Below are positions 24,266 through 32,000 of a DNA stretch of 32,000 nt, piece by piece. A program made the position numbers and the translations under genes. The stretch comes from Rhodobacter capsulatus SB 1003 (lineage in GTDB: Bacteria; Pseudomonadota; Alphaproteobacteria; Rhodobacterales; Rhodobacteraceae), in contig NC_014034.1 in NCBI RefSeq assembly GCF_000021865.1, positions 390,001 to 422,000 on the forward strand. The letters are read 5' to 3'. Under the pieces are notes generated by a model, which saw only the letters and a list, made by a program, of their open reading frames with translations, did no database searches and had not been told where the DNA came from. How positions within the stretch are numbered: the stretch's first letter is position 1; each line of letters starts with the position of its first letter.

Positions 24266-25636
24266 TCAGTAGCTGTATTCGCCGTAGATGCGGGACAGGT
24301 CGCCCTTCCAGGCGCCGTGGTATTTTTCCAGAAGCTCATCGGCGGGAACGCGGCCGGTGTCGATGCTTTCTTCCAGCGCGTTGAGGAAATAGGTCTCGTC
24401 CGGGATCAGCCCGCCCGCGCCGGGGATCTTGCGCGCGGCAAGGCCGGTCTTCGAGATCGCCACCACCTCGCGGGCCAGATCATGCATCTTCACGCCGCCC
24501 GCCTCGGCCTGCAGGGCGTGTTTGGCGGCGGCGACGCGCAGCCCGTCGCGGGTCTCGGCGTCCCAATGCTTCACCAGATCCCATGCGGCATCAAGCGCCG
24601 ACTGGTCATACATCAGACCCACCCAGAAGGCGGGCAGGGCGCACAGGCGCCGCCACGGGCCGCCATCGGCGCCGCGCATCTCGATGTATTTCTTCACCCG
24701 GGCTTCGGGGAAGACGGTGGTCAGATGGTCGGCCCAGTCGGACAGGGTGGGTTTCTCGCCGGGCAGGGCGGGCAGTTCGCCCTTCAGAAAATCGCGGAAG
24801 CTTTGCCCCAAAGCGTTGATGTACTGCCCGTCGCGGTAGACGAAATACATCGGCACATCGAGGACGTAATCGACGTAGCGTTCATAGCCCATGCCCTCTT
24901 CGAAGAAGAAGGGCAGCATGCCGGTCCGGGCCGGATCGAGGTTCTGCCAGATGTTCGCGCGCCAGGATTTCATCCCGTTCGGCTTGCCGTCAAGGAAGGG
25001 CGAATTCGCGAAAAGCGCGGTCGCCACCGGCTGCAGCGCCAGCGCCACCCGCATCTTTTTCACCATGTCGGCCTCGGACGAAAAGTCGAGGTTCACCTGC
25101 ACGGTGCAGGTCCGATACATCATCGTCTTGCCCATGGTGCCGACAGAATCCATGTAGCTGTTCATCAGCCGATAGCGCCCCTTCGGCATCATCGGCATTT
25201 CCTCGGCCGTCCATTCCGGCGCCGCCCCAAGGCCGATGAACTTCGCCCCGATGCGGTCGGCGATCCGGTGCACCTCGGTCAGATGTTCGTTCACTTCCTC
25301 GCAGGTCTGGTGCAGGGTTTCCAAAGGCGCGCCCGACAGTTCCAGCTGCCCGCCCGGTTCCAGGCTGACATTGGCGCCCTTGCGGGTCAGGCCGATGATG
25401 TTGCCGCCCTCGAGCACGGGTTCCCAGCCGAAGACCTGCTGCAGCCCCTCCAGCATCGCCCGGATCGAGCGCGGCCCGTCATAGGGCAGGGGCTTCAGCA
25501 CATCCTTGCAATAGCCGAATTTCTCGTGCTCGGTGCCGATGCGCCAGTCGCTTTTCGGCTTCTCGCCCGAGGCCAGGTATTCGGCCAACTGGGCAAAATC
25601 TTCGATCGGGCCGCCGCCCTGCTGGGGAATGGACAT
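24266..25636 (-). CDS. gshA: Glutamate--cysteine ligase (plant/alphaproteobacterial GCS2 type)
   Basis: The track ORF 24266..25693 starts at a TTG; I trimmed it to the ATG at 25636. The 456-aa product reads MSIPQQGGGPIEDFAQLAEYLASGEKPKSDWRIGTEHEKFGY...SLEPGGQLELSGAPL...MMYRTCTVQVNLDF...YIEMRGADGGPW. These are GCS2-family hallmarks. Confidence 0.93.
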   Translation of the reverse strand: MSIPQQGGGPIEDFAQLAEYLASGEKPKSDWRIGTEHEKFGYCKDVLKPLPYDGPRSIRAMLEGLQQVFGWEPVLEGGNIIGLTRKGANVSLEPGGQLELSGAPLETLHQTCEEVNEHLTEVHRIADRIGAKFIGLGAAPEWTAEEMPMMPKGRYRLMNSYMDSVGTMGKTMMYRTCTVQVNLDFSSEADMVKKMRVALALQPVATALFANSPFLDGKPNGMKSWRANIWQNLDPARTGMLPFFFEEGMGYERYVDYVLDVPMYFVYRDGQYINALGQSFRDFLKGELPALPGEKPTLSDWADHLTTVFPEARVKKYIEMRGADGGPWRRLCALPAFWVGLMYDQSALDAAWDLVKHWDAETRDGLRVAAAKHALQAEAGGVKMHDLAREVVAISKTGLAARKIPGAGGLIPDETYFLNALEESIDTGRVPADELLEKYHGAWKGDLSRIYGEYSY

Positions 25637-25699
25637 CGGACCCTCTCTTTCCGTTGGGACACAACAGGTGGTTCTTCCGCGCCGCCAAGTCAAGGCGAC

Positions 25700-26200
25700 T
25701 CAGACGGGGCGGCGCCACAGGCTTTGTGCGGTGAGGCGCCGATCCAGCGCGGCGGCCAGTGCGCCCATGTCGATGCCGGGCAGACCGGCGAAGGCGTCAA
25801 AGAGCTTTTCCGAGCCGACCGCGGCCACCGGCACCAGAAGCGCCTGCCCGTCGCGGCTTTTCAGCCGCCAGAACTGGCTGTCTTTCAGGATCAGCAGCCG
25901 GATCTCGGTCAGATCCTCCAGCGCCATGGTGCCGCCCAGAACGCTGCCCCCGGTGCCCCAGTAGCCGATCCGGCCCTCGTCCAGCTCGACGACGCCGGGG
26001 TCGGAGACGGGCCGCGCAAAGCGGGCGCGGCGCAGCGCAAGCACCAGCCAGCCCGCGGTGATCGCCGCAAGGCAGAGCCCCACCGCCGCCAGAAACCAGC
26101 CGCCGCGCGTCGCCACCCAAAGCGAGGCGGCGAGCGCAAGCGCTGCGACATAAGCTTCGCGCTGCCGTGTCAGATGCGCGCGCAGCTCGGGTCGGATCAC
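25700..26200 (-). CDS. Hypothetical membrane protein (two TM segments plus a soluble C-terminal domain)
   Basis: 166 aa. The start is a GTG at 26200 overlapping the rsmE stop (GTGA). TM segments read AYVAALALAASLWVA and WFLAAVGLCLAAITAGWLVLAL. Third-position GC looks coding-like. I recognise no family. Confidence 0.6.
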   Translation of the reverse strand: MIRPELRAHLTRQREAYVAALALAASLWVATRGGWFLAAVGLCLAAITAGWLVLALRRARFARPVSDPGVVELDEGRIGYWGTGGSVLGGTMALEDLTEIRLLILKDSQFWRLKSRDGQALLVPVAAVGSEKLFDAFAGLPGIDMGALAAALDRRLTAQSLWRRPV

Positions 26201-26922
26201 CGCCAGTCCCCCAGAGAGGATTGCCAGAGCGTGATCGCCGCGCAGGCGGCGGTATCGGCGCGCAGGATGCGCGGGCCAAGTGACACCGGCGTGACGAAGG
26301 GCAGGGCCCGCAGCTGGTGCCGCTCGGTTTCGGAAAAGCCGCCCTCGGGGCCGACCAGAATCGCCCAGGGGCCGGGGGCAAGACCGGCGAGCGTCTGCGC
26401 GGGGCCCACCAGCGATTCATCGCCCCAAAGAATGCGCCGCGCCGGGTTCCAGGATTTCAGAACTTTCTGCAAAGGCTGCAAGTCACTGACTTCGGGGACA
26501 TAAGTTCCCAAGCATTGCTCGGCCGCTTCCAGCGCATGGGCCTGCAGCCGGTCCTGTTTGATCCGCGCGGCATTTGTAAACTCGGTTTGCACCGGAAGGA
26601 TTTTCGCACAGCCCAGCTCCGCCGCCTTTTCGACGATGAAATCGGTGCGTTCCTTCTTGATCGGCGCGAACAGAAGCCAAAGATCGGGCGGGTTCAGCTG
26701 CGGCGCGGCGAGGCCCAGACAGGCGAGCGTGCCGCCGCGTTTCGACCCCTCGACCACCTCGGCGGTCCATTCGCCGTCCCGCCCGTTGAAGAGCGCAACC
26801 CGGTCCCCCGGACCCAGCCGCATCACCGCAAAGAGATAATTCGCCTGATCCGGGCTCAGGGGCACGGCTTGCCCCGGCCCGAGCGGGTGAGTAACACAGA
26901 GTCGTATCTTGGCGCGTTCCAT
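26197..26922 (-). CDS. rsmE: 16S rRNA (uracil1498-N3)-methyltransferase RsmE
   Basis: Track ORF 26197..27015 trimmed to the ATG at 26922. The 241-aa product reads MERAKIRLCV...LSPDQANYLFAVMRLGPGDRVALFNGRDGEW...LLFAPIKKERTDFIVEKAAELG...ILVGPEGGFSETE...VSLGPRILRADTA. This is a SPOUT/RsmE signature. Confidence 0.9.
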   Translation of the reverse strand: MERAKIRLCVTHPLGPGQAVPLSPDQANYLFAVMRLGPGDRVALFNGRDGEWTAEVVEGSKRGGTLACLGLAAPQLNPPDLWLLFAPIKKERTDFIVEKAAELGCAKILPVQTEFTNAARIKQDRLQAHALEAAEQCLGTYVPEVSDLQPLQKVLKSWNPARRILWGDESLVGPAQTLAGLAPGPWAILVGPEGGFSETERHQLRALPFVTPVSLGPRILRADTAACAAITLWQSSLGDWR

Positions 26923-26934
26923 GAGGCGAAACTT

Positions 26935-27906
26935 ATGACCGGCAAAACCGAAATGCCAGAGGCTCAGGTGACGGGACAGGTGGCCGACGCCTATCGCGGC
27001 AACTGGGTGGACCATACCGCCCCCGCTTTCAGCCGCCCCTATCTGCGGCTCTCGCGTGCCGACCGGCCGATCGGAACCTGGCTTTTGCTCTTGCCCTGCT
27101 GGTGGTCGATTGCGCTCGCCGCCGCGACCGACAGCCTGCGCCCCTTCGATCTGTGGCTGGCGCTGGGCTGCGGGCTTGGCGCCTTTCTGATGCGCGGCGC
27201 GGGTTGCACCTGGAACGACATCACCGACCGCGATTTCGACGGCAAGGTGGCGCGGACGCGGTCACGCCCGATTCCCTCCGGTCAGGTGAGCGTGAAACAG
27301 GCGGTGGGCTGGATGGTGGCGCAGACGGCCTTGGCCGCGGCGATCCTGTTCACCTTCAACTGGGCGGCCATCGGCATGGGGGTTCTGGCCCTTGTCCCGG
27401 TCGCCGTCTATCCCTTTGCCAAGCGCTTCACCTGGTGGCCGCAGGCCTTTCTGGGCATCGCCTTCAACTGGGGGGCGCTGCTCGGATGGGTCGCGCACAA
27501 GGGCAGCCTCGGGCTGGCGCCGGTGCTGCTTTACGCCGCCGGGATCATCTGGACGCTGTTTTACGACACGATCTACGCGCATCAGGACAAGGAAGACGAT
27601 GCGCTGATCGGGGTGAAATCGACGGCGCGGCTCTTTGGCGCCAACACCCATCGCTGGCTGACGCTGTTCTTGATCCTGACCGTCGTTCTGATGACGGCGG
27701 CGGTGCTGCTGGCGCTGGTGCCGCTTTCCAATCCCGCGGTGCTGGCGCTGGGCCTTTGCGCGCCCTGGGCGATGGGCTGGCACATGCTCTGGCAGATGCG
27801 CCGGCTGGATATCGACAACCCGGACACCTGCCTGTGGCTGTTTCGCAAAAGCCGCGACACCGGGCTTTGGGCTGCGCTGTTTCTTGCCGGCGCCGCAATC
27901 CTTTGA
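26935..27906 (+). CDS. ubiA: 4-hydroxybenzoate polyprenyltransferase
   Basis: Track ORF 26317..27906 trimmed to the ATG at 26935 (alternative ATG at 26953). The 323-aa product contains YLRLSRADRPIGTWLLLLPCWW...GAGCTWNDITDRDFDGKVARTRSRPIPSG...TIYAHQDKEDDALIGVKSTA. Both UbiA Asp-rich motifs are present. Confidence 0.93.
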   Translation: MTGKTEMPEAQVTGQVADAYRGNWVDHTAPAFSRPYLRLSRADRPIGTWLLLLPCWWSIALAAATDSLRPFDLWLALGCGLGAFLMRGAGCTWNDITDRDFDGKVARTRSRPIPSGQVSVKQAVGWMVAQTALAAAILFTFNWAAIGMGVLALVPVAVYPFAKRFTWWPQAFLGIAFNWGALLGWVAHKGSLGLAPVLLYAAGIIWTLFYDTIYAHQDKEDDALIGVKSTARLFGANTHRWLTLFLILTVVLMTAAVLLALVPLSNPAVLALGLCAPWAMGWHMLWQMRRLDIDNPDTCLWLFRKSRDTGLWAALFLAGAAIL

Positions 27907-27967
27907 TTGATCGGCACGGGGGCGCCCCTTAAGACGGTGCGGACCAAAGGCGAGGAACGACATCCCC

Positions 27968-30187
27968 ATGCGTGGCCGCATCACCCTCCTGACGACGACG
28001 GCTTTCGTCGGCGCCCTCGTGCTCTCGGCCTTCATCGCGGGCGGCTCTGCCACGATCATCGAGCAGCGCTCGCGCAAGGCGGTGAAACTGGCGCTGGAAA
28101 CCGCAAGCCATTCCTGGGTCCAGGTCGAAACCGACGGGCTGCAGGTGATCTTGCTCGGAACTGCGCCGTCGGAGGCGGCGCGGTTCCGTTCCGTCACCCT
28201 GGTTTCGACCGTGGTCGACAGTTCCCGCATCGTCGACAACACCGATGCCGAGGTGCAAAAGGCGATCGCGCCGCCGGATTTCTCGCTGCAGATGCTGCGC
28301 AATGACGAGGGGATCTCGCTGATCGGGCTGGTGCCCTCGGGCACCGACCGCAAGGCGCTGCAGGAGCGGCTGACGAAGATCGCGGGCGAGGGGGCGGTGA
28401 CCGACATGCTGGAAAGCGCCGATTATCCGGTGCCGGGCGGCTGGCGGACGGCGCTTGAATTCGGCATCGCGGCGCTGACGGAACTGCCCCGCGCCAAGGT
28501 GTCGATCCTGCCCGGCAAGGTCGGCGTCGAGGCGATCACCGACAGCCCCGAACAGAAGGCCGAGGCCGAGGCGCTGCTGAACCGCCGCCGCCCGACCGAG
28601 ATCCGGCTTGACGCCAAGATCTCGGCGCCGCGCCCGGTGATCACGCCCTTCACCCTGCGCTTCCTGATCGACGCCGAGGGCGCCCGTTTCGACGCCTGTT
28701 CCGCCGATACCGACCGCGCCGCGGGGCGGATCATGGCGGCGGCGCGCAAGGCCGGGGCCAAGGGCGAGCTGGATTGCACCGTCGGCATGGGCGTGCCCTC
28801 GCCGCAATGGGCCGAGGCGGTCGAAAAAGGCGTGGCGGCGCTGGCGCAGCTGGGCGCGGGCACGCTGACCTTTTCCGATGCCGATATCGCGCTGGTAGCG
28901 GCCGACACGACCGATCCTGCGATCTATGACCGGGTGGTGGGCGATCTTGAATCGAACCTGCCCGAGGTGTTCTCGCTCAAGGCCGAGCTGGCGAAGAAAG
29001 CCGAGGCCAAGGCGGCCGTGCCCGAATTCTCGGCGCTTCTGCGCGAGGATGGGCAGGTGGAGCTGCGCGGCCGGGTGACCTCGGACCGCTCGCGCGAGGC
29101 GCTGGAAAGTTTCGCCCATGCGCAATTCGGCGCGACCTCGGTTTACGGCGCGACGCGGGTCGATACCGGCCTGCCCGAGGGCTGGCCCTTGCGCACGCTG
29201 ACCGCGCTCGAGGCGCTGCGGCTGATGCACGAGGGCACGGTGACGGTGACGCCCGATCTGGTCCGGCTTGCGGGCGTGACCGGCGACCGGCAGGCCTCGG
29301 ACAAGGCGGCGCGGCTGTTCGCGCGACGGCTGGGGGAGGCGGCGCCGATCGCGCTTTCGGTGAAATACGACCGCAGGCTGGATGCGTCGCTGGCGCTGCC
29401 TGATGGCAACGACTGCGTGGCCCGGCTGAACGGCGCTCTGGCGCGCGACAAGATCGGGTTCGAGCCCAGTTCGGCGACGATCAAGCCCGAGGACGGGCCG
29501 AAGCTGGACGCCCTGGCCAAGGCGATGGCGCAATGTCAGGATTTCCGCATGGAAGTGGCGGGTCACACCGACAGCCAGGGCAGCGACGAGGGCAACCGCA
29601 AGCTGTCGCAGGCCCGGGCCGAGGCGGTGATCACCGCGCTTTCCGCGCGCCGGGTGCTGACGCGCAACCTGACGCCCAAGGGCTATGGCGAAAGCCAGCC
29701 CATCGCCGAGAATGACACCGACAAGGGCCGCGAGGCGACCCGGCGCATCGAATTCGTGCTGCTGGATGCCAAGCCGGTGGGGGGCGCCGGGCAGATCGAT
29801 CTGCCGGTGACGGTGCCGGAACCGCCGAAGCCCGCGCCCGTCGCGCCGATCGAGGCTGCGCCCGATCTGGTGCTGGACGAAAGCGCCATCGCAGGCGCCG
29901 CCCCGATGGAAGAGGCGCATGGCGAGCCGATGCCGGCCCCCGCAGATACGCCCGCCGAGACGCCCGCGGTGGCCGCTCCCGCTCCGGCTGACCCCGTTGC
30001 GACGCCCCCCGTTCCGGCGGACCCCGCCGCGGCCGCTTCGGACGCTGCGGCGACGGAAGCTGCGACGACGCAGGCCGGAGCGGCCGAGGGGACCGAGGCC
30101 GCCCTTGTCATTCCGGTCAACCCCGCCGCGCAATCGCCCGGCCACCCGAAACCGCGCCCGAAGAAACTGGGCGGGCGGGACAACTGA
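27968..30187 (+). CDS. Large OmpA-family envelope protein: N-terminal TM anchor, about seven BON-like repeats, an OmpA_C-like peptidoglycan-binding domain and a Pro/Ala-rich tail
   Basis: 739 aa. The TM anchor is ITLLTTTAFVGALVLSAFIAG. A repeated strand-G-helix module recurs (e.g. VQVETDGLQVILLGTAPSEAAR, FSALLREDGQVELRGRVTSDRSRE, VTVTPDLVRLAGVTGDRQAS). The OmpA_C motif is GFEPSSATIK...FRMEVAGHTDSQGSDEGNRKLSQARAEAV...GYGESQPIAEN...RRIEFVL. The C-terminal tail of about 150 aa is Pro/Ala/Glu/Thr low-complexity. The BON assignment is by eye only. Confidence 0.85.
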   Translation: MRGRITLLTTTAFVGALVLSAFIAGGSATIIEQRSRKAVKLALETASHSWVQVETDGLQVILLGTAPSEAARFRSVTLVSTVVDSSRIVDNTDAEVQKAIAPPDFSLQMLRNDEGISLIGLVPSGTDRKALQERLTKIAGEGAVTDMLESADYPVPGGWRTALEFGIAALTELPRAKVSILPGKVGVEAITDSPEQKAEAEALLNRRRPTEIRLDAKISAPRPVITPFTLRFLIDAEGARFDACSADTDRAAGRIMAAARKAGAKGELDCTVGMGVPSPQWAEAVEKGVAALAQLGAGTLTFSDADIALVAADTTDPAIYDRVVGDLESNLPEVFSLKAELAKKAEAKAAVPEFSALLREDGQVELRGRVTSDRSREALESFAHAQFGATSVYGATRVDTGLPEGWPLRTLTALEALRLMHEGTVTVTPDLVRLAGVTGDRQASDKAARLFARRLGEAAPIALSVKYDRRLDASLALPDGNDCVARLNGALARDKIGFEPSSATIKPEDGPKLDALAKAMAQCQDFRMEVAGHTDSQGSDEGNRKLSQARAEAVITALSARRVLTRNLTPKGYGESQPIAENDTDKGREATRRIEFVLLDAKPVGGAGQIDLPVTVPEPPKPAPVAPIEAAPDLVLDESAIAGAAPMEEAHGEPMPAPADTPAETPAVAAPAPADPVATPPVPADPAAAASDAAATEAATTQAGAAEGTEAALVIPVNPAAQSPGHPKPRPKKLGGRDN

Positions 30188-30199
30188 GGAGAGCCGCAG

Positions 30200-30529
30200 A
30201 TGAACAGAACCGAATTCGTCATCGCCACGGCGATCATCCTGTTTCTGGCCTTCTGCCTGGGCTGGTTCGCCTCCTGGCTGATCCACCGGCTGACCCGGGT
30301 CACCGCGGCCGACATGGGCGAGCTGGAACAGATGGCGCAGGCGCTGCACGAGGCCGAGGAACAGCGCGATCAGGCCGTGGCCTATGTCGAAAGCCGCGAG
30401 GCGGAGCTGACGAACCAGATCAACCAGACCGAGGCCGAACTCCGCGCGGCGATGGATGGGCTGCGCGATGCCCGCCACGAGGCCGAGGAACTGCGCGCCT
30501 ATATCGAGCGCCTGCAAGCCGAGCGGTAA
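30200..30529 (+). CDS. Small membrane-anchored coiled-coil protein
   Basis: 109 aa. A GAGGAG RBS lies upstream of the ATG at 30200. The N-terminal TM segment is FVIATAIILFLAFCLGWFASWLI, followed by a heptad-like charged helix (ELEQMAQALHEAEEQRDQAVAYVESREAELTNQINQTEAELRAAMDGLRDARHEAEELRAYIERLQ). Confidence 0.65.
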   Translation: MNRTEFVIATAIILFLAFCLGWFASWLIHRLTRVTAADMGELEQMAQALHEAEEQRDQAVAYVESREAELTNQINQTEAELRAAMDGLRDARHEAEELRAYIERLQAER

Positions 30530-30587
30530 CGGCGGATTTCGCCGCCGCCCGCTTGTCTGCGCGCGGCCCCGGGCCTACATCGGGGGC

Positions 30588-31415
30588 ATGAACATCACCC
30601 GATCCCTCCCCGCCCCGTTCTTCCGCCGTCCGCCGCGCGTGGCCGTTGTCCGGCTGCAGGGCGCGATCGGGATCAGCCGTCCCGGGGCGCCGGGCCTGTC
30701 GGATGCCGCGCTGGCCGAGACGCTGGAGCGCGCCTTTCGCAAGGGCAAGCCGGTGGCGGTGGCGCTGATCATCAATTCCCCCGGCGGCTCTCCGGTGCAA
30801 TCCTCGCTGATCGCGGCGCGGATCCGGGCCCTGGCGGCGGAAACCGGCCTGCCGGTGCATGCTTTCATCGAGGATGTGGCGGCCTCGGGCGGCTACTGGC
30901 TGGCCTGCGCCGCCGATGACATCTGGGCCGATGCCACCTCGATCGTCGGCTCGATCGGGGTGATCTCCTCGGGCTTCGGCTTTGCCGATCTGATCGGCCG
31001 CTACGGCGTCGAGCGGCGGGTGCATACGGCGGGCGGTTCGAAAAGTTTCCTTGACCCGTTCCGACCGGAAAAGCCCGAAGATGTGGACCGGCTGACCCGG
31101 CTTCTGGAAGACATGCACCGCGCCTTCAAGGCCTGGGTGACCGACCGGCGGGGCGCGAAGCTGGCTGCGGGGGCGGATCTCTTCACCGGCGAGATCTGGA
31201 CCGGGGCGCAGGCGCTGGAAACCGGGCTGATCGACGGGCTGGCGCATCCGGGGCCGAAGCTGCGGGCGCTTTACGGCGACAAGGTGAAGCTGGTGCCCTA
31301 TGGTCCGCGCCGGTCCTGGCTGCGCCGTTTCGGCGCCAGCATGGCAGCCGAGGCGGCGGTTTCCGTGCTGGAGGCCGCCGAGGAACGGGCGCTTTGGGCG
31401 CGGGTCGGGCTTTGA
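30588..31415 (+). CDS. sppA: S49-family serine peptidase (SppA, short 36K type)
   Basis: Track ORF 30456..31415 trimmed to the ATG at 30588. The 275-aa product contains VVRLQGAIG...VALIINSPGGSPVQS...VAASGGYWLACAADDIWADATSIVGSIGV...SKSFLDPFRP...GEIWTGAQALETGLIDGL. Confidence 0.9.
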   Translation: MNITRSLPAPFFRRPPRVAVVRLQGAIGISRPGAPGLSDAALAETLERAFRKGKPVAVALIINSPGGSPVQSSLIAARIRALAAETGLPVHAFIEDVAASGGYWLACAADDIWADATSIVGSIGVISSGFGFADLIGRYGVERRVHTAGGSKSFLDPFRPEKPEDVDRLTRLLEDMHRAFKAWVTDRRGAKLAAGADLFTGEIWTGAQALETGLIDGLAHPGPKLRALYGDKVKLVPYGPRRSWLRRFGASMAAEAAVSVLEAAEERALWARVGL

Positions 31416-31416
31416 C

Positions 31417-31584
31417 ATGCTGATCAAGGCCGCGATCCTGTTCGTGCTGGTGATGGTCGGGCTGGCATTTTTCGGCCGCCTGCGCCTGCCGGGCCGCAAG
31501 GCGCCGCCGCTCTTGCGCAAGAACTGCCCGCGCTGCGGCAGGCCGCGGATCGGGGCGGGGCCCTGTCCCTGCGGAAAGGGCTGA
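31417..31584 (+). CDS. 55-aa membrane miniprotein with a C-terminal CxxC...CxC motif
   Basis: The ATG lies 1 nt after the sppA TGA stop. The sequence is MLIKAAILFVLVMVGLAFFGRLRLPGRKAPPLLRKNCPRCGRPRIGAGPCPCGKG. Third-position GC is high (read codon by codon). It lies within track ORF 31300..31584. Confidence 0.5.
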   Translation: MLIKAAILFVLVMVGLAFFGRLRLPGRKAPPLLRKNCPRCGRPRIGAGPCPCGKG

Positions 31585-31586
31585 GG

Positions 31587-32000
31587 ATGGATGTGATTTG
31601 CCATGATATTCCGCCCGCCCTTGCGGCGCCGCTGACCGAGGCGCTGGCGCTGTGCGCGTTGCGGCCGGTGCAGACCGGGGCCGCGGTGCTTCTGCTTGGC
31701 ACCGAGGATCCGGCGCAGGCCTTGGCGCGGATCGCCGATTTCGCCGCAAGCCGTCCCGAGGCGGGCCGGGCGGGCGCCGACCGGATCGCCAGCGGTCAGG
31801 TGGTCTGGCTGCTGCCCGCGGGGCAGGCGGCGGTGCTGCAGGGCACGCTGGCGCGGGCCGCCTTGGCCCATGCGCCGCAGCTGCGGGTGAATGCGATCCA
31901 TTTGGCGCCGCGCCGTCCGCCCCCCGCGCCCTGGCAGGCGGCCTGGATCGCCGCGACGCAGCATCCGGGGCCGCCCCCCCTGCCGCAGGCCCTGGCGCGG
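31587..32000 (+). CDS. Hypothetical protein, partial (runs off the window end)
   Basis: Absent from the track because there is no stop in the window. Hand translation from the ATG at 31587 gives MDVICHDIPPALAAPLTEALALCALRPVQTGAAVLLLGTEDPAQALARIADFAASRPEAGRAGADRIASGQVVWLLPAGQAAVLQG..., open for 138 codons with GC-rich third positions. It starts 2 nt after the previous stop. I recognise no family. Confidence 0.45.
   Translation, partial: MDVICHDIPPALAAPLTEALALCALRPVQTGAAVLLLGTEDPAQALARIADFAASRPEAGRAGADRIASGQVVWLLPAGQAAVLQGTLARAALAHAPQLRVNAIHLAPRRPPPAPWQAAWIAATQHPGPPPLPQALAR

Noticed and set aside
27929-30517. An 862-aa minus-strand ORF opposite the OmpA-family gene. Similar giant shadow ORFs lie at 5656..7584 (+), 12081..13781 (+), 24317..26503 (+), 30420..31964 (-), 10359..11708 (+) and 8948..10153 (+).
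   Set aside because: Each is antisense to a gene with strong motif support: OmpA-family, ffh, opgG, gshA, sppA, opgH and opgC respectively. Their products are Arg/Gly/Pro-rich with no motifs. These are antisense-frame artefacts of high GC content.
1-32000. Search for CRISPR arrays, tRNA/rRNA/tmRNA genes, IS elements, prophage genes, toxin-antitoxin pairs and known defence-system signatures.
   Set aside because: I saw no regularly spaced direct repeats, no cloverleaf-like or rRNA-like segments in the intergenic regions, and no transposase, integrase or recombinase-like ORFs. I also saw no small adjacent ORF pairs of TA type and no nuclease, helicase or ATPase defence-type proteins. Every sizeable ORF with good coding character is accounted for by housekeeping or envelope functions.

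Overview
This is a high-GC alphaproteobacterial core-chromosome window (G+C judged by eye, not computed). It looks Rhodobacteraceae-like, because it carries an opgG-opgI-opgH-opgC operon of the type described in Rhodobacter sphaeroides. I call about 32 protein genes and find no rRNA, tRNA, CRISPR array, transposase, integrase or phage gene.

Gene content from left to right:
- A partial mipZ.
- A long minus-strand string, in transcription order: ffh, GNAT acetyltransferase, chorismate mutase, rpsP, rimM, an unknown P-loop protein, trmD, a ClbS/DfsB-like protein, rplS and rpmE.
- A LysR regulator.
- opgGIHC on the minus strand, divergent from nhaD, followed by a class-III aminotransferase and a glutamine-synthetase-family gene.
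- dapA divergent from slt.
- An EamA transporter and mnmD, divergent from an MnmC-type FAD oxidoreductase.
- gshA, a small membrane protein and rsmE, divergent from ubiA.
- A large OmpA-family protein, a coiled-coil membrane protein, an S49 peptidase, a 55-aa Cys-rich miniprotein and a partial ORF.

Many very long ORFs in the track (up to 1145 aa) are antisense shadows of real genes, as is typical of high-GC DNA. The track also prints M for non-ATG starts: the two checked here are TTG at 4203 and 25693 and GTG at 26200. I therefore re-derived several starts by hand.

I do not see a defence island or an obviously new multi-gene system. The observations most worth a second look are:
1. A modular intergenic mosaic repeat (GC hairpins plus a conserved GGGATATTT-GCGGCAAGATGAAG box) at four loci, including a perfect 28-bp-arm palindrome.
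2. Two non-canonical genes wedged into the otherwise universal rpsP-rimM-trmD-rplS operon, one of them overlapping its neighbours at both ends.
3. A palindrome-rich shared control region between the opg operon and nhaD.
4. An envelope gene cluster ending in a Cys-rich miniprotein.

All functional calls rest on motif and family recognition by eye. No database search was run.
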